Shown piece by piece: positions 1-11,038 of a stretch of DNA of 64,000 nt. Location of the stretch: positions 249-64,248 of the forward strand of contig CAZVIN010000042.1 of the NCBI GenBank assembly GCA_964627255.1, in the 5' to 3' direction. Positions within the stretch are counted from its first letter, which is position 1. Every line of letters starts with the position of its first letter. The stretch is from an uncultured Eubacteriales bacterium. Its GTDB lineage: Bacteria; Acidobacteriota; Aminicenantia; Aminicenantales; CALLJL01. Below the pieces are notes generated by a model. The model did not search any database, was not told where the DNA came from, and saw nothing but the letters and a program-made list of their open reading frames with translations. The position numbers and the translations under genes are program-made.

Positions 1-1
1 G

Positions 2-292
2 TCGTTTGACCACCGCCTGTTAGACCAGTCGGTGAGGGATATTGTGATTAAGGCTAAAAGAACTGGGGCTAAGGTCTCAGGCCCGGTTCCCCTTCCTACT
101 TCTATTCATCGCTTTTGTGTCCTCCGTTCACCTCATGTGGATAAGCGCTCGCGAGAACATTTTGAGATGAGAATCCACAAACGATTGATAGATATAAGCG
201 AGTATAACAACGAGACCATCGAGGAGCTGCAAAAGCTTGACTTGCCCGCAGGAATAGATGTCGAGATCCAGGCCTTTGGTGGAGGAGAATAA
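2..292 (+). CDS. rpsJ: 30S ribosomal protein S10 (5' end outside window)
   Basis: Frame is open from base 2 ([15 protein letters not shown]...); GPVPLPT and [14 protein letters not shown] motifs; first gene of the S10 operon. Confidence 0.98.
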   Translation, partial: SFDHRLLDQSVRDIVIKAKRTGAKVSGPVPLPTSIHRFCVLRSPHVDKRSREHFEMRIHKRLIDISEYNNETIEELQKLDLPAGIDVEIQAFGGGE

Positions 293-294
293 TC

Positions 295-939
295 ATGGTT
301 GAGGGGCTTATCGGCCGAAAAATCGGCATGACTCAAGTTTACGACAGCCAGGGCAACGTCGTCCCGGTCACGGTAATCAAAGCTGGGCCTTGCACAGTCA
401 TCCAAAAAAAGACCAAGGAAAAGGATGGCTACGAGGCAGTGCAACTTGGGTTTATCGAGGATAGACCCCAGCGACGACCCAACCGGCCAACTCAGGGTCA
501 TTTTCAAAAGGCAGGCGTGGCTCCCTGTCGAATAGTCCGCGAATTTCGCTTCCTGGCGCAAGCGGAACTTAAGGAAGGCGACCAGTTTTTCGTGGATGTT
601 TTCAAAGAAGGGGAAAAAGTTCATGTTACTGGCACGACCAAAGGCAAAGGTTTCCAGGGAGTGGTAACCCGATGGGGATTCCGGGGCGGCCCGGCTTCGC
701 ATGGCTCGATGTTCCACCGTCGGCCAGGCTCGATTGGCGCTTCTTCCTTTCCGTCCCATGTTTGGAAGGGAACGCGTATGGGTGGCCATATGGGCCAGGA
801 TAGATTGACGGTTCGAAAGTTGTTAGTGCTCAAAGTTGATAAAGAGAACAACCTGCTCTTAGTCAAGGGAGCTGTTCCTGGCCCCAAAAAAGGGTATGTC
901 CTGATTCGTAAAAATGGGTTCATAAAGTCGAACCCTTGA
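295..939 (+). CDS. rplC: 50S ribosomal protein L3
   Basis: [30 protein letters not shown] motifs; synteny. Confidence 0.99.
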   Translation: MVEGLIGRKIGMTQVYDSQGNVVPVTVIKAGPCTVIQKKTKEKDGYEAVQLGFIEDRPQRRPNRPTQGHFQKAGVAPCRIVREFRFLAQAELKEGDQFFVDVFKEGEKVHVTGTTKGKGFQGVVTRWGFRGGPASHGSMFHRRPGSIGASSFPSHVWKGTRMGGHMGQDRLTVRKLLVLKVDKENNLLLVKGAVPGPKKGYVLIRKNGFIKSNP

Positions 940-955
940 AGGGAAGATTAGGTCG

Positions 956-1579
956 ATGTTGAAACTACCGGTGATGACTCAAGAAGGCAAAGTGAGCGGC
1001 GAAGTCGCGGTGCCAGAGGCCGTGTTTTCCTACCCGGTAAAAAGACATATCCTTTATGAAACTGTGGTTAATTATTTGGCGAATCAAAGAACAGGAACCA
1101 CTTCGACTAAGACCAGGGGTGAGGTCAGCGGTAGTAATCGCAAACCCTGGAGGCAAAAAGGCACAGGTAGGGCGAGAGTCGGCAGCATCCGTTCTCCACT
1201 CTGGAGAAAAGGGGGAACGGTTTTCGGTCCAAAGCCCCGGGACTATGGATACGAACTGCCGTCCCAAGTAAAAAGGAATGCGTTGAAATCAGCTTTAGCT
1301 CTTAAATATGGTGAAAAGCGGCTCTTGCTCGTTGAGAATCTTAATCTGACTCAACCCAAGACCAAACAGGCGGCTCAAATTTTGCGTCAATTGCAGGTTG
1401 ATTCTGCTCTGGTAGTTGACCTGGCTGATAATAAGAACCTATTCTTAGCGCTACGAAACGTGCCCAGAGCTAAAGCGGTCGATGCCCGTAAACTCAATGC
1501 TTACGACGTTCTCAGGTTTAATTGGCTAATTATCAGCCAGCGGGCTTTTGATTCTCTGATGGCGAGGTTTGAGTCATGA
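956..1579 (+). CDS. rplD: 50S ribosomal protein L4
   Basis: TKTRGEVSGSNRKPWRQKGTGRARVGSIRSP; synteny. Confidence 0.99.
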   Translation: MLKLPVMTQEGKVSGEVAVPEAVFSYPVKRHILYETVVNYLANQRTGTTSTKTRGEVSGSNRKPWRQKGTGRARVGSIRSPLWRKGGTVFGPKPRDYGYELPSQVKRNALKSALALKYGEKRLLLVENLNLTQPKTKQAAQILRQLQVDSALVVDLADNKNLFLALRNVPRAKAVDARKLNAYDVLRFNWLIISQRAFDSLMARFES

Positions 1580-1869
1580 GAGACCCCTACCAGATTATTT
1601 TGAGGCCTTTGATAACTGAAAAGAGCACTAAGTTAAAAGAAAAGGGACGGGAAGTCTGTTTTGAAGTTGCTCCCGGCGCCAATAGGTCTGAGATTAAAAA
1701 GGCAGTGGAGAAGCTCTTCAAGGTCAAAGTGGAAGAAGTCCGCATTATTAACTTGAAAGGCAAGACGCGTCGAGTAGGAAGAAATGTCGGTCAGACTAAA
1801 GCCTGGAAAAAGGCTTATGTTAAGCTCCGCGAAGGAGAAAAGATGATCGAATTTTTTGAGGCAGTATGA
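1576..1869 (+). CDS. rplW: 50S ribosomal protein L23
   Basis: [15 protein letters not shown]; synteny. Confidence 0.98.
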   Translation: MRDPYQIILRPLITEKSTKLKEKGREVCFEVAPGANRSEIKKAVEKLFKVKVEEVRIINLKGKTRRVGRNVGQTKAWKKAYVKLREGEKMIEFFEAV

Positions 1870-2699
1870 GCATGAGTATTAAAATTTATAAACCAGTGAC
1901 ATCCGGCCTGCGGCATCGGACAGGTTTAGTTTATGAAGAATTGACCAGCCAGGAGCCATATAAGCCGCTCGTTGTTCCTTTGGCCAAATCGGGGGGAAGA
2001 ACCAACCGCGGCCGGATTGCGGTGCGTTTTAGAGGCGGTGGGCATAAGAGGATGTACCGGATTATTGATTTCAAGAGGGATAAGATTGATATTCCGGGAG
2101 AAGTGGAAACAATTGAATATGACCCGAACCGGTCGGCCTTTATTGCCCTCGTTAAATACGCCGACGGCGAGCGTCGTTATATTCTGGCGCCAGTGGGACT
2201 GAAGGTTGGCCAGAAAATTATTTCCACTAACGGTCCGGCGGACATAGTTCCCGGCAATTCGTTGCCATTGCGCTATATGCCTCTGGGGACAATTATTCAT
2301 AACATAGAAATCTTGGCGGGCAAAGGCGGTCAAGTGGCCCGCTCAGCAGGTGCCGGGGCCCAGGTGCTTGCCAAGGAAGGCGATTATGCCCATGTGAGGA
2401 TGCCTTCCTCCGAGATAAGGCTAATTCATCTTAATTGTCGGGCGACCATCGGCCAGGTCGGCAACCTTGACCATCAGAATATTGCTATTGGCAAGGCGGG
2501 TAGAACCCGTTGGTCAGGACGCCGACCGCATGTCCGGGGTACAGCGATGAATCCGATCGACCATCCTCATGGAGGCGGGGAGGGCCGCTCTAAGGGTGGT
2601 CGGCACCCAGTTAGCCCGGAGGGGCTGCCAACTAAGGGTTATAAGACCAGGAAAAATAAAAGGACTCAGGTCTTTATTGTTCGACGAAGGAGTAAATGA
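1866..2699 (+). CDS. rplB: 50S ribosomal protein L2
   Basis: [33 protein letters not shown]. Confidence 0.99.
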   Translation: MSMSIKIYKPVTSGLRHRTGLVYEELTSQEPYKPLVVPLAKSGGRTNRGRIAVRFRGGGHKRMYRIIDFKRDKIDIPGEVETIEYDPNRSAFIALVKYADGERRYILAPVGLKVGQKIISTNGPADIVPGNSLPLRYMPLGTIIHNIEILAGKGGQVARSAGAGAQVLAKEGDYAHVRMPSSEIRLIHLNCRATIGQVGNLDHQNIAIGKAGRTRWSGRRPHVRGTAMNPIDHPHGGGEGRSKGGRHPVSPEGLPTKGYKTRKNKRTQVFIVRRRSK

Positions 2700-2989
2700 C
2701 GATGGGCAGGTCTTTGAAAAAAGGTCCTTATGTCGACCCGAAGCTCAAGGAAAAAATCATCGCCGCTTTAGCCCATAGGGAAAAAAAGGTTATTAAGACC
2801 TGGTCCCGGAGGTCGATGATAACTCCGGAGATGGTGGGATTAACGATTGCGGTTCATAACGGGAGAAAATTTATTCCTGTTTTCGTTACGGAAAATATGG
2901 TGGGCCATAAACTTGGTGAGTTTTCTCCAACGCGGACTTTCAAAGGTCACACTTCTAAGACAGCTAAAACCATCAGGATAGGGAAGTAA
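2696..2989 (+). CDS. rpsS: 30S ribosomal protein S19
   Basis: [27 protein letters not shown]. Confidence 0.99.
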   Translation: MTMGRSLKKGPYVDPKLKEKIIAALAHREKKVIKTWSRRSMITPEMVGLTIAVHNGRKFIPVFVTENMVGHKLGEFSPTRTFKGHTSKTAKTIRIGK

Positions 2990-2990
2990 G

Positions 2991-3347
2991 ATGAGTGAGC
3001 CAATTGCTCAAGCCATCGGGAAATACATTAGAATTTCGCCGCAGAAATGTCGTTTAGTGGCTGACCTGATTCGAAATCGCTACGTAGGCGAAGCCCTGAC
3101 TATTCTGCGGTTTTCAGAGAAGAAGAAAGCCTCGGCTATAGTGGAAAAGGTTCTGAGGTCAGCGGTAGCCAACGCTCAGCAGAAGTCGCCTGAAGTCGAT
3201 GTGGATAACCTTTTCATTGCTGGTGTCCTGGTTAACGCCGGGCCGTCATGGAAAAGAATCCGGCCGGCCCCGATGGGTCGAGCCTATCGAATTTTGAAAA
3301 GAACCAGTCATATTCAAATTTACTTAGAAGAAAGAAAAGGGAGATAA
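2991..3347 (+). CDS. rplV: 50S ribosomal protein L22
   Basis: RISPQKCRLVADLIR, SAVANA, GRAYRILKRTSHI. Confidence 0.98.
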   Translation: MSEPIAQAIGKYIRISPQKCRLVADLIRNRYVGEALTILRFSEKKKASAIVEKVLRSAVANAQQKSPEVDVDNLFIAGVLVNAGPSWKRIRPAPMGRAYRILKRTSHIQIYLEERKGR

Positions 3348-3350
3348 AAA

Positions 3351-4019
3351 GTGGGCCAGAAAACGCATCCCATTGGCTTTCGCTTAGGATTTAATAAAGA
3401 TTGGACTTCACGTTGGTTTGCTCGACGCCGGGAGTATTCTCGTTTGATCCATGAAGACCTGGAGATAAAAAAAGAAATTAAAAAACGATACTATCATGCA
3501 GGTATTTCGCGGGTCTTAGTAGAAAGAGTTGGGCCCAAAATCAGAATAATAATTTTTACTGCTCGACCGGGTATTATCATCGGTCGAGGGGGCAAAGAGA
3601 TTGAGGGACTGAAGACCTTCTTAGAGCAATTGACCCAAAGAGAAGTTTATATCGATATCAGGGAAATCGACAAGCCAGAGCTTGATGCTACTTTAGCCGC
3701 CGAAGGGATAGCCGTTCAACTGGAAAAACGCATTGCCTATCGTCGGGCGATGCGCAAAGCTGTCGAGGCGGCTTTGAAGATGGGCGCAAAAGGCATTAAA
3801 GTAATGTGTTCCGGTAGGTTGGGAGGAGTGGAGATTGCCCGCTCCGAATGGTACCTAAGGGGCCGACTTCCCTTGCAGACTCTCAGGGCGGATATTGATT
3901 TTGCCTTTACTCAGGCTTTTACGACTTACGGACAAATCGGCATAAAAGTTTGGATCTATAGAGGAGATATAGATAAACCTAAGGTGACGTGGCAGACAGC
4001 TGAAGTTGAGGAGATTTAG
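3351..4019 (+). CDS. rpsC: 30S ribosomal protein S3
   Basis: [33 protein letters not shown]. Confidence 0.99.
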   Translation: MGQKTHPIGFRLGFNKDWTSRWFARRREYSRLIHEDLEIKKEIKKRYYHAGISRVLVERVGPKIRIIIFTARPGIIIGRGGKEIEGLKTFLEQLTQREVYIDIREIDKPELDATLAAEGIAVQLEKRIAYRRAMRKAVEAALKMGAKGIKVMCSGRLGGVEIARSEWYLRGRLPLQTLRADIDFAFTQAFTTYGQIGIKVWIYRGDIDKPKVTWQTAEVEEI

Positions 4020-4021
4020 CC

Positions 4022-4444
4022 ATGTTAATGCCCAAGAAGGTTAAATATCGCAAGCAACAAAGAGGCCGGATGAAAGGCCAGGCCACCAGAGGGAACTCGT
4101 TGGCCTTTGGGGAGTACGGTCTTCAGGCTTTAGAGCCTTGCTGGTTAACAGCCAGACAAATCGAAGCTGGCCGTATTTCTATCACCCATTTTCTTAAGCG
4201 CCGGGGCAAACTCTGGGTCAGAGTTTTTCCCTGGAAACCGGTTACCAAGAAACCAACAGAATCGAGGATGGGCAAGGGAAAAGGCGACCCTGATTTCTGG
4301 GTAGATGTCATTCGGCCGGGCAAAATTATCTATGAACTGGAAGGACTGACAGAAGAAATAGCCCGTCAGGCTTTAAGGCTGGCGGCTTTTAAGCTGCCTA
4401 TCAAGACGAGATTCATTTCTCGGGAAGAAAGAGGACTACAATGA
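4022..4444 (+). CDS. rplP: 50S ribosomal protein L16
   Basis: [27 protein letters not shown]. Confidence 0.99.
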   Translation: MLMPKKVKYRKQQRGRMKGQATRGNSLAFGEYGLQALEPCWLTARQIEAGRISITHFLKRRGKLWVRVFPWKPVTKKPTESRMGKGKGDPDFWVDVIRPGKIIYELEGLTEEIARQALRLAAFKLPIKTRFISREERGLQ

Positions 4445-4644
4445 AAGCCCGGGAGTTAAGAGAATTATCTGAGGACGAATTACTCCGTCGCGAAGAAGAG
4501 TTGAAAGACCAACTTTTTAAGGTCCGGGCCCAACAAGCTATCGGTCAGCTCGAAAATACGATGAAACTCTGCAACCTTCGGCGAGATATTGCCCGGATAA
4601 AGACAATTCTCAGGGAGCGACAGCTCGGGAAGGAACAGCCATGA
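4441..4644 (+). CDS. rpmC: 50S ribosomal protein L29
   Basis: [10 protein letters not shown]...[11 protein letters not shown]; synteny. Confidence 0.97.
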   Translation: MKARELRELSEDELLRREEELKDQLFKVRAQQAIGQLENTMKLCNLRRDIARIKTILRERQLGKEQP

Positions 4645-4967
4645 CGGAAAGAAGCCAGGCTTCAAAATCAACGGGAAAAAAAGCCACGAAAATAGGCGTA
4701 GTTATTGCTAAAAAAATGGCCAAGACAGTTACTGTTTCGGTCGAGCGCCAATTGCGGCATCCTTTGTATAAAAAAATAGTTAAAAAGAGGAAGAAATTTC
4801 TGGCTCATGACGAGCACGAAAAATGCCAAGTGGGCGACGTGGTAAGAATTATAGAAACTCGCCCCATCAGTGCTCGGAAGAGATGGCGGGTGGTGGAAAT
4901 CGTCGGCGTGGCGCCGAAGGAAGTGGGTGTCTTGGCTGAAAACGAGCTTGAGGAAGGACAGCCATGA
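4641..4967 (+). CDS. rpsQ: 30S ribosomal protein S17
   Basis: [28 protein letters not shown]. Confidence 0.98.
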   Translation: MTERSQASKSTGKKATKIGVVIAKKMAKTVTVSVERQLRHPLYKKIVKKRKKFLAHDEHEKCQVGDVVRIIETRPISARKRWRVVEIVGVAPKEVGVLAENELEEGQP

Positions 4968-5332
4968 TCCAGATGCGAACCATGCTCAAAGTGGCCGATA
5001 ATTCCGGCGCGCGGAGGATTATGTGCATTACGCCGCAGGGCGGGGGGGTCGGCCGCCAAGCAACCATTGGTGATATTATTTCTGCCACAGTTAAGGAAGC
5101 CGAGCCAGAAAGCAAGATTCCCAAGGGCAAAGTGGTTCGCGCTGTCATAGTTAGAACCAGAAAAGAAGTGCGACGGAAGGATGGCTCCTACATCCGCTTT
5201 GATGATAATGCCGCGGTAATCATCGACAAAGCAGGCGAACCAGTTGGCACGCGGGTATTTGGTCCGGTGGGCCGCGAGCTTCGAGAAAGAAGGTTTATGA
5301 AAATTGTCTCCTTGGCCCCGGAGGTGTTGTGA
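4964..5332 (+). CDS. rplN: 50S ribosomal protein L14
   Basis: [28 protein letters not shown]. Confidence 0.99.
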   Translation: MIQMRTMLKVADNSGARRIMCITPQGGGVGRQATIGDIISATVKEAEPESKIPKGKVVRAVIVRTRKEVRRKDGSYIRFDDNAAVIIDKAGEPVGTRVFGPVGRELRERRFMKIVSLAPEVL

Positions 5333-5661
5333 TGGCAAAGAGGCTGATCAAAAAGGGTGATACAGTCATCGTCATTCGGGGGAAAGACCGGGGAAAGACG
5401 GGTAAGGTTCTTCGGGTCTTGCCAGAAAAACAGCGGGCCATCGTGGAAAGAGTAAATTTTATCAAGGAGTTTATTCGTCAGGATAGGAGCCGCAATATTC
5501 AGGGGGGGATCATGGAGAAAGAGGCCCCTGTTCATCTCTCCAACCTGATGCTCTTCTGCAGCGAGTGCAACCGAGGAGCGAGAGTTAAGAATAAAATCTT
5601 AGAGGATGGAACAAAATTAAGAGTTTGCCATCGTTGCGAAACCAGCCTTGACCGGCAATGA
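5332..5661 (+). CDS. rplX: 50S ribosomal protein L24
   Basis: KOW motif IKKGDTVIVIRGKDRGKTG; EAPVHLSN; ATG overlaps rplN stop. Confidence 0.98.
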   Translation: MAKRLIKKGDTVIVIRGKDRGKTGKVLRVLPEKQRAIVERVNFIKEFIRQDRSRNIQGGIMEKEAPVHLSNLMLFCSECNRGARVKNKILEDGTKLRVCHRCETSLDRQ

Positions 5662-5675
5662 AAAAAGGATAAGCC

Positions 5676-6218
5676 ATGAGCCGTTTATATGAGAAGTATG
5701 TTAAAGAAATAATACCCGAGCTCCAAAATGAGCTGGGGATTAAAAATAAGATGGCCGTACCCAAGCTGGAAAAGATTATCATCAATGTTGGCGTCGGTGA
5801 AGCGACTCAAAACATCAAACTGCTGGATGTGGCCAAAACAGAGTTGAGCTTGATTACCGGCCAATGGCCAGCAGTAGCCAGAGCTAAAAAATCAATTTCT
5901 GCCTTTCGGGTCAGAAAGGGCCAGCCGATAGCTTGTTTTGTTACTTTGCGGGGGCGAAGGATGTATGAATTCTTTGACCGGTTGGTGAATATTGTCCTTC
6001 CCCGCGTTAGGGATTTTAAAGGTGTGGCCCCAACTTCTTTTGACAGGAGAGGCAACTACACTTTGGGAATGCGGGATCAACTCGTTTTTCCGGAGATTGA
6101 TTATACCAAGGTGGAAAAACCTCGCGGCCTGAATATAACTATTGTGACGACGGCGAAAACAGATAAGGAAGCTTATGCTTTATTAAAAAAATTGGGGATG
6201 CCATTCCGCGAGGCATAA
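5676..6218 (+). CDS. rplE: 50S ribosomal protein L5
   Basis: [33 protein letters not shown]. Confidence 0.99.
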   Translation: MSRLYEKYVKEIIPELQNELGIKNKMAVPKLEKIIINVGVGEATQNIKLLDVAKTELSLITGQWPAVARAKKSISAFRVRKGQPIACFVTLRGRRMYEFFDRLVNIVLPRVRDFKGVAPTSFDRRGNYTLGMRDQLVFPEIDYTKVEKPRGLNITIVTTAKTDKEAYALLKKLGMPFREA

Positions 6219-6232
6219 GGAGGAAAAGAACC

Positions 6233-6418
6233 GTGGCCACAATTGCTAAAATAGTTAAAGAAAAGAAAAAGAATAAATACCCGATTCGCCAGCGAAGGCG
6301 CTGTCGAATCTGTGGCCGGCCCAGGGGCACTTACCGGAAGTTTGAGCTCTGCCGTCTTTGCTTACGGGAATTAGCCCTCAAAGGCGAGGTGCCAGGGCTG
6401 ATTAAAGCTGCCTGGTGA
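6233..6418 (+). CDS. rpsN: 30S ribosomal protein S14, short zinc-binding (type Z) form
   Basis: 61 aa; [20 protein letters not shown]; GTG start. Confidence 0.97.
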   Translation: MATIAKIVKEKKKNKYPIRQRRRCRICGRPRGTYRKFELCRLCLRELALKGEVPGLIKAAW

Positions 6419-6440
6419 ATTTAGAAGGAAGGATGTAAAG

Positions 6441-6839
6441 ATGAGCCTATCAGACCCAATTGCCGATATGCTGACTTGTTTGCGCAACGCGGTCTTGGCC
6501 AAGAAAAAAGAGGTTGTTGTCCCAGCTTCGAGGATGAAAGTCGAAATAGCTAAAATTCTAAAAGAGGAGGGATATATTAAGAATTTCAAAGTGGTTGACG
6601 ACAATAAACAGGGAAGGCTGCAGCTCTGGTTAAAATACACAGAAGACAACCGGAATGTTATCTCAGGTGTAGAAAGAGTTAGCCGGCCGGGGTGTCGGGT
6701 TTATTGTACTAAAGACACTATTCCTCATGTCTTAAGTGGCTTAGGCTTGGCGATTATTTCCACTTCTAAGGGAATTTTAACAGACAAGAAATGTGCCGAA
6801 CTTAAAGTAGGTGGCGAGGTCATTTGTAAGATATGGTAA
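6441..6839 (+). CDS. rpsH: 30S ribosomal protein S8
   Basis: DPIADML, SRPGCRVY, ISTSKG, GGEVIC. Confidence 0.99.
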   Translation: MSLSDPIADMLTCLRNAVLAKKKEVVVPASRMKVEIAKILKEEGYIKNFKVVDDNKQGRLQLWLKYTEDNRNVISGVERVSRPGCRVYCTKDTIPHVLSGLGLAIISTSKGILTDKKCAELKVGGEVICKIW

Positions 6840-6868
6840 TAAACTTGAAAAAAGATAGGGGTTAAGAT

Positions 6869-7414
6869 ATGTCGCGGGTAGGAAAAAAGCCAGTACCGGT
6901 CCCAGAGGGAGTTAAGGTTACTATTTTCTCCGACAGGGTCGAATTTGAGGCGGCCAAAGGTAAAGTTAGTTCGCCTCTTTATCCGGGAATTAAAGCTCGG
7001 CTTGAGGGCTCCGAGCTAATCCTGGAGAGGACTGATGAATCCAGGCAGACCAGAAGCTTTCACGGTCTTTGTCGGACCTTGGCTCAGAATGCCATCTTAG
7101 GCTTAGTCCAGGGGTACACTAAGCAGCTAGAGATTTCCGGCGTCGGCTATAGGGCTAAGGTTGATAAGAACATCTTGGAACTTAGCCTCGGTTACGCCCG
7201 GCCGATTCAGTACCGGATTCCGGAGGGGGTCGAAATCGTCGTCGAAAAACAGACTTTAATCACAGTGCGAGGTTGGGATAAACAAAAGGTTGGCCAGGTA
7301 GCCGAAGAGGTCAAACGTTTTCGTCTTCCCGACCCCTACACCTTAAAGGGCATTCGATATGTCGGCGAGCGCTTGATTAAAAAAGAACGTCGCGCGGGGG
7401 TGAGCGGTGCTTAA
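6869..7414 (+). CDS. rplF: 50S ribosomal protein L6
   Basis: MSRVGKKP, GVGYRA, PDPYTLKGIRY. Confidence 0.98.
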   Translation: MSRVGKKPVPVPEGVKVTIFSDRVEFEAAKGKVSSPLYPGIKARLEGSELILERTDESRQTRSFHGLCRTLAQNAILGLVQGYTKQLEISGVGYRAKVDKNILELSLGYARPIQYRIPEGVEIVVEKQTLITVRGWDKQKVGQVAEEVKRFRLPDPYTLKGIRYVGERLIKKERRAGVSGA

Positions 7415-7781
7415 GGATAAAGCAGTTATAAAAAACGAACGAAAACAGAAAATTCGCCTGCGGATTAGAAAAAAAATTACCGGCACTGCGGAGCGGCCGC
7501 GGGTCTATGTTTTTAAGAGCAATCGTTATCTTTATGTCCAGGCGATTAACGACCTGGAGGGAAAAGTAGTGGCCGCTGCTTCCACCTTAGAAAAAGAATT
7601 GCGAGAAGCGGGCAAAAACTTAAAGAATAAAGAAGCCTGTCAACTTCTGGGTGAGCGACTGGCGCAACGTCTTAAGGAGAAGAACATTGGCCAGATTGTT
7701 TTTGACCGAGGCATCTATCCCTACCATGGTCGAGTGAAAATTCTGGCCGAAGCGCTGCGCCAGAGCGGTTTAGCTTTTTAA
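7407..7781 (+). CDS. rplR: 50S ribosomal protein L18
   Basis: GTAERPRV, VFDRGIYPYHGRVKILAEALR. Confidence 0.98.
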   Translation: MLKDKAVIKNERKQKIRLRIRKKITGTAERPRVYVFKSNRYLYVQAINDLEGKVVAAASTLEKELREAGKNLKNKEACQLLGERLAQRLKEKNIGQIVFDRGIYPYHGRVKILAEALRQSGLAF

Positions 7782-7802
7782 GATTTTGAGGAGGACAAAG
7801 GC

Positions 7803-8324
7803 GTGGACGATGAAATCTTGAGAGACGGTGAGAGTAGTCCCACGGAGCTGGAGTTTAAGGACCAGGTAATCTCCATTCGCCGGGTAACAAAAGTCGTCAA
7901 AGGTGGCAAGAACCTGAGCTTTTCAGTTCTGGCGGCAGTCGGCAACGGGCAAGGGCTGGTGGGAGTAGGAAAGGGGAAAGCAAGGGAAGTGCCCCAGGCT
8001 ATTGCTAAGGCGGTGGAAAACGCCAAAAAAAACCTTGTTCGCATTCCGATCGTGGGGACGACCATTCCTCACCCGGTAAGAGGAGAAGACGGGGCAGGAA
8101 CCGTTGTTCTTCGACCCGCTTCCTTAGGTACGGGAGTTATCGCCGGCGGAGCAGTGAGAGTAATTATGGAGCTGGCTGGAGTTAAAGATATTCTGACCAA
8201 ATCTATCAGAAGCAATAATCCCTTTAGTGTGGCTAACGCCACCATTAAAGCGATTAAGCAATTAAAAAGCCCCCCTGAAGTTGCCAAGGAGAGAGGCAAA
8301 TCCTTAGAGGAAGCTAAGCCGTGA
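7803..8324 (+). CDS. rpsE: 30S ribosomal protein S5
   Basis: [28 protein letters not shown]. Confidence 0.99.
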   Translation: MDDEILRDGESSPTELEFKDQVISIRRVTKVVKGGKNLSFSVLAAVGNGQGLVGVGKGKAREVPQAIAKAVENAKKNLVRIPIVGTTIPHPVRGEDGAGTVVLRPASLGTGVIAGGAVRVIMELAGVKDILTKSIRSNNPFSVANATIKAIKQLKSPPEVAKERGKSLEEAKP

Positions 8325-8533
8325 GAAAAAAACCTCCTTCCCGAAAAGCAAAAAAGCTTCGTCTTAAACTTGTCCGCAGCCCGATAGGTTATCCTCAGAA
8401 ACAAAGAGCTACCGTCCTGGGGCTGGGGTTGCGTCGTTTAAACTCAGAGGTTATAAGACCAGACAGCCCAGAAATCAGAGGCATGATTGCCAAGGTTTCG
8501 CACCTGCTTCGAGTGGAGAGCTTGGAGGAATAA
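8321..8533 (+). CDS. rpmD: 50S ribosomal protein L30
   Basis: [29 protein letters not shown]. Confidence 0.96.
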   Translation: MRKKPPSRKAKKLRLKLVRSPIGYPQKQRATVLGLGLRRLNSEVIRPDSPEIRGMIAKVSHLLRVESLEE

Positions 8534-8535
8534 CG

Positions 8536-8976
8536 ATGCTTAATGAATTACGCCCAGCAAAAGGCGCCCGAAAAGACCGCAAAAGGGTTGGTCGTGGTCC
8601 TGGCTCCGGTCATGGGAAGACTGCTGGTCGCGGGCATAAAGGACAAAAAAGCATCGCGGGGTTTTCGCAAATGAAAGGTTTTGAAGGTGGCCAGATGCCT
8701 TTGGTCCGCCGTCTTCCCAAAAGAGGTTTTACTAACAAGTTTCGTCGAGAATACATCGTAATTAATATCGACCAGTTAGCCGCCTTGGAACCACCGGAGA
8801 TAACTCTTAAGACGTTGGTCGAGAAAGGTTTAATCAAGAGCGAGGTAGAATTAGTGAAGATTTTAGGGCGAGGGGAAATAAAAACGCCCAAGGTTATCCA
8901 TGGCCACAAGTTTTCTCAATCAGCCAAAAAAAAGATTGAATCTTCCGGTGGCCAGATAGTTTTGATCGGAAGCTAA
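8536..8976 (+). CDS. rplO: 50S ribosomal protein L15
   Basis: RVGRGPGSGHGKTAGRGHKGQ, FEGGQMPL. Confidence 0.99.
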   Translation: MLNELRPAKGARKDRKRVGRGPGSGHGKTAGRGHKGQKSIAGFSQMKGFEGGQMPLVRRLPKRGFTNKFRREYIVINIDQLAALEPPEITLKTLVEKGLIKSEVELVKILGRGEIKTPKVIHGHKFSQSAKKKIESSGGQIVLIGS

Positions 8977-8978
8977 TC

Positions 8979-10361
8979 ATGATTGAGAGTATCCGCAATA
9001 TTTTCAGTATTCCTGACCTAAGAAAGAGGGTGCTTTTCACGCTGATGCTTTTGGCTGTTTACCGGATTGGCGGGCAAATCCCTAATCCGGGCATCAGCTC
9101 CTCAGCATTAGCGGAATTCTGGCAAACGCAACGGGGGACTATTTTTGGCTTTATCGACCTTTTCTCTGGTCGGTTCATGAGCCGGATGACTATTTTTGCT
9201 CTGGGAATAATGCCCTACATTAGCGCCTCCATTATCCTTCAGTTACTGACTGTGGTTTGGCCATATCTCGAGAGGTTATCCAAAGAGGGAGAGTTGGGCC
9301 GGCGTAAAATCACTCAGTACACGCGATACGGAACTATTTTTATTTGCCTCATCCAGAGCTGGGCGATTGCTCTTTTTCTCCAAGGTTTAAGGAGCCCAGG
9401 AGGAGCGCCTATCGTGCCGCATCCCGGGCTGGGCTTTCAATTATTGACTGTCTTAACCCTTACCACGGGAACTGTTTTTCTCATGTGGTTAGGGGAACAA
9501 ATCTCGGAAAGAGGTATAGGTAATGGTATTTCCTTAATCATCTTTGCGGGGATTGTGGTCAATTTCCCGCGCGGTTTAAATAGCGTTGTTACCGGGTTGC
9601 GCACGGGTAACATCGACCCCCTGCGGATGATCTTCCTTCTGGCTCTAATGCTGGCAGTGATCGCCATTATCATTTTTGTGGAAAGAGGCCAGCGCCGCAT
9701 CCCTGTGTCTTATGCTAAGCGAGTAGTAGGCCGGAAAATTTATGGGGGTCAAAGTACCCATCTGCCGTTGCGCGTTAATACGGGCGGGGTTATCCCGATT
9801 ATTTTCGCCGCTTCCGTGGTTACTCTCCCGGCCACTATTGCTTCTTTAGTTCATACGCCCTTTTTCCAAAGCATGGCTCGCCAGTTTAACATGGGGATGC
9901 CGCTTTATAATCTGCTTTATATCGCTTCTATTATCTTTTTTACATATTTTTATGTTTCCATTATTTTTAATCCCGAGGATGTGGCCGATAACTTGCGCAA
10001 ATATGGGGGTTTTATTCCTGGAATCAGACCGGGGAAAAATACGGCCGATTTTCTTGACCTCACGTTATCTCGGGTCACGCTGATCGGCGCCCTTTATTTG
10101 GCGGCAATTGCCATCTTGCCCGAGTTTCTGATAACCGGGTTTAAGGTTCAGGCTTTGCCTTTTGTTGGCAATTTCTTAGACGCCAATTTACCGAAATGGT
10201 TTACCCAGGGACTTAACATTGATTTTTATTTCGGCGGGACATCGGTGTTGATTGTTGTCGGTGTGGCCATGGACACTTTACAGCAGATTGAAGCCCAGCT
10301 GGTCATGAGGCATTACGACGGCTTTATGCGCCGGACCAGAATTCGGGGGAGACGAGGATGA
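8979..10361 (+). CDS. secY: Preprotein translocase subunit SecY
   Basis: IFALGIMPYISASIILQL, GIGNGISLIIFAGIV, FIPGIRPG, GGTSVLIVVGV; position after rplO. Confidence 0.99.
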   Translation: MIESIRNIFSIPDLRKRVLFTLMLLAVYRIGGQIPNPGISSSALAEFWQTQRGTIFGFIDLFSGRFMSRMTIFALGIMPYISASIILQLLTVVWPYLERLSKEGELGRRKITQYTRYGTIFICLIQSWAIALFLQGLRSPGGAPIVPHPGLGFQLLTVLTLTTGTVFLMWLGEQISERGIGNGISLIIFAGIVVNFPRGLNSVVTGLRTGNIDPLRMIFLLALMLAVIAIIIFVERGQRRIPVSYAKRVVGRKIYGGQSTHLPLRVNTGGVIPIIFAASVVTLPATIASLVHTPFFQSMARQFNMGMPLYNLLYIASIIFFTYFYVSIIFNPEDVADNLRKYGGFIPGIRPGKNTADFLDLTLSRVTLIGALYLAAIAILPEFLITGFKVQALPFVGNFLDANLPKWFTQGLNIDFYFGGTSVLIVVGVAMDTLQQIEAQLVMRHYDGFMRRTRIRGRRG

Positions 10362-11038
10362 GAATCATTCTTCTCGGCCCGCCCGGAAGCGGAAAGGGAA
10401 CTCAAGGGGAAATGATTGAAAAAGGTTTCGGTTTTCCGCGCATTTCCACGGGCGATATTCTGCGGCAAGCAGTCAAAGAGAGGACGCCGCTTGGCTTGGC
10501 CGCGGAAGCGGAAATGAAGGCAGGGCACTTAGTTAGCGACCAGGTGGTTGCTTCCCTTGTGGCCGAGAGGATTAAAAAGCCGGATTGTCTCGGGGGTTAT
10601 GTTCTTGATGGTTTCCCTCGGAATATAGTTCAGGCCAAACTCCTGGAAGCCCTGGACAGTAACCGGCCGGAGCTAATCCTGGAGTTTATCCTGCCAGCGA
10701 AGACGGTGATTCAGCGCTTATCGAATCGGCGCCTTTGCCCGAACTGCGGGGCGGTTTATAACCTCCTAAGCTCGCCACCCCGAGAAAGCGGCCTTTGTGA
10801 CTTTTGCGGCTACAAGCTTATTATAAGGGACGATGACCAGCCGGAGATTATTGAAGAAAGGCTTAAGGTATATGAGGCAGCAATTAAAGAATTGCGGGAA
10901 TATTATCTTCAGAAGGGCATCGTTTATCAGATAGACAGCTCAAGTCCACCGGAAGAAGTTTTTGAGCAGATAGAGGCAATTTTGAGAGCCAAGCTCAACC
11001 AGCCAGTGAGATTAAAGGAAGGGTTGCTTTCAAAATGA
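10358..11038 (+). CDS. adk: Adenylate kinase with Zn-binding LID
   Basis: GPPGSGKGTQ P-loop, LDGFPR, LID CPNC-x16-CDFC, RDDD. Confidence 0.98.
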   Translation: MRIILLGPPGSGKGTQGEMIEKGFGFPRISTGDILRQAVKERTPLGLAAEAEMKAGHLVSDQVVASLVAERIKKPDCLGGYVLDGFPRNIVQAKLLEALDSNRPELILEFILPAKTVIQRLSNRRLCPNCGAVYNLLSSPPRESGLCDFCGYKLIIRDDDQPEIIEERLKVYEAAIKELREYYLQKGIVYQIDSSSPPEEVFEQIEAILRAKLNQPVRLKEGLLSK

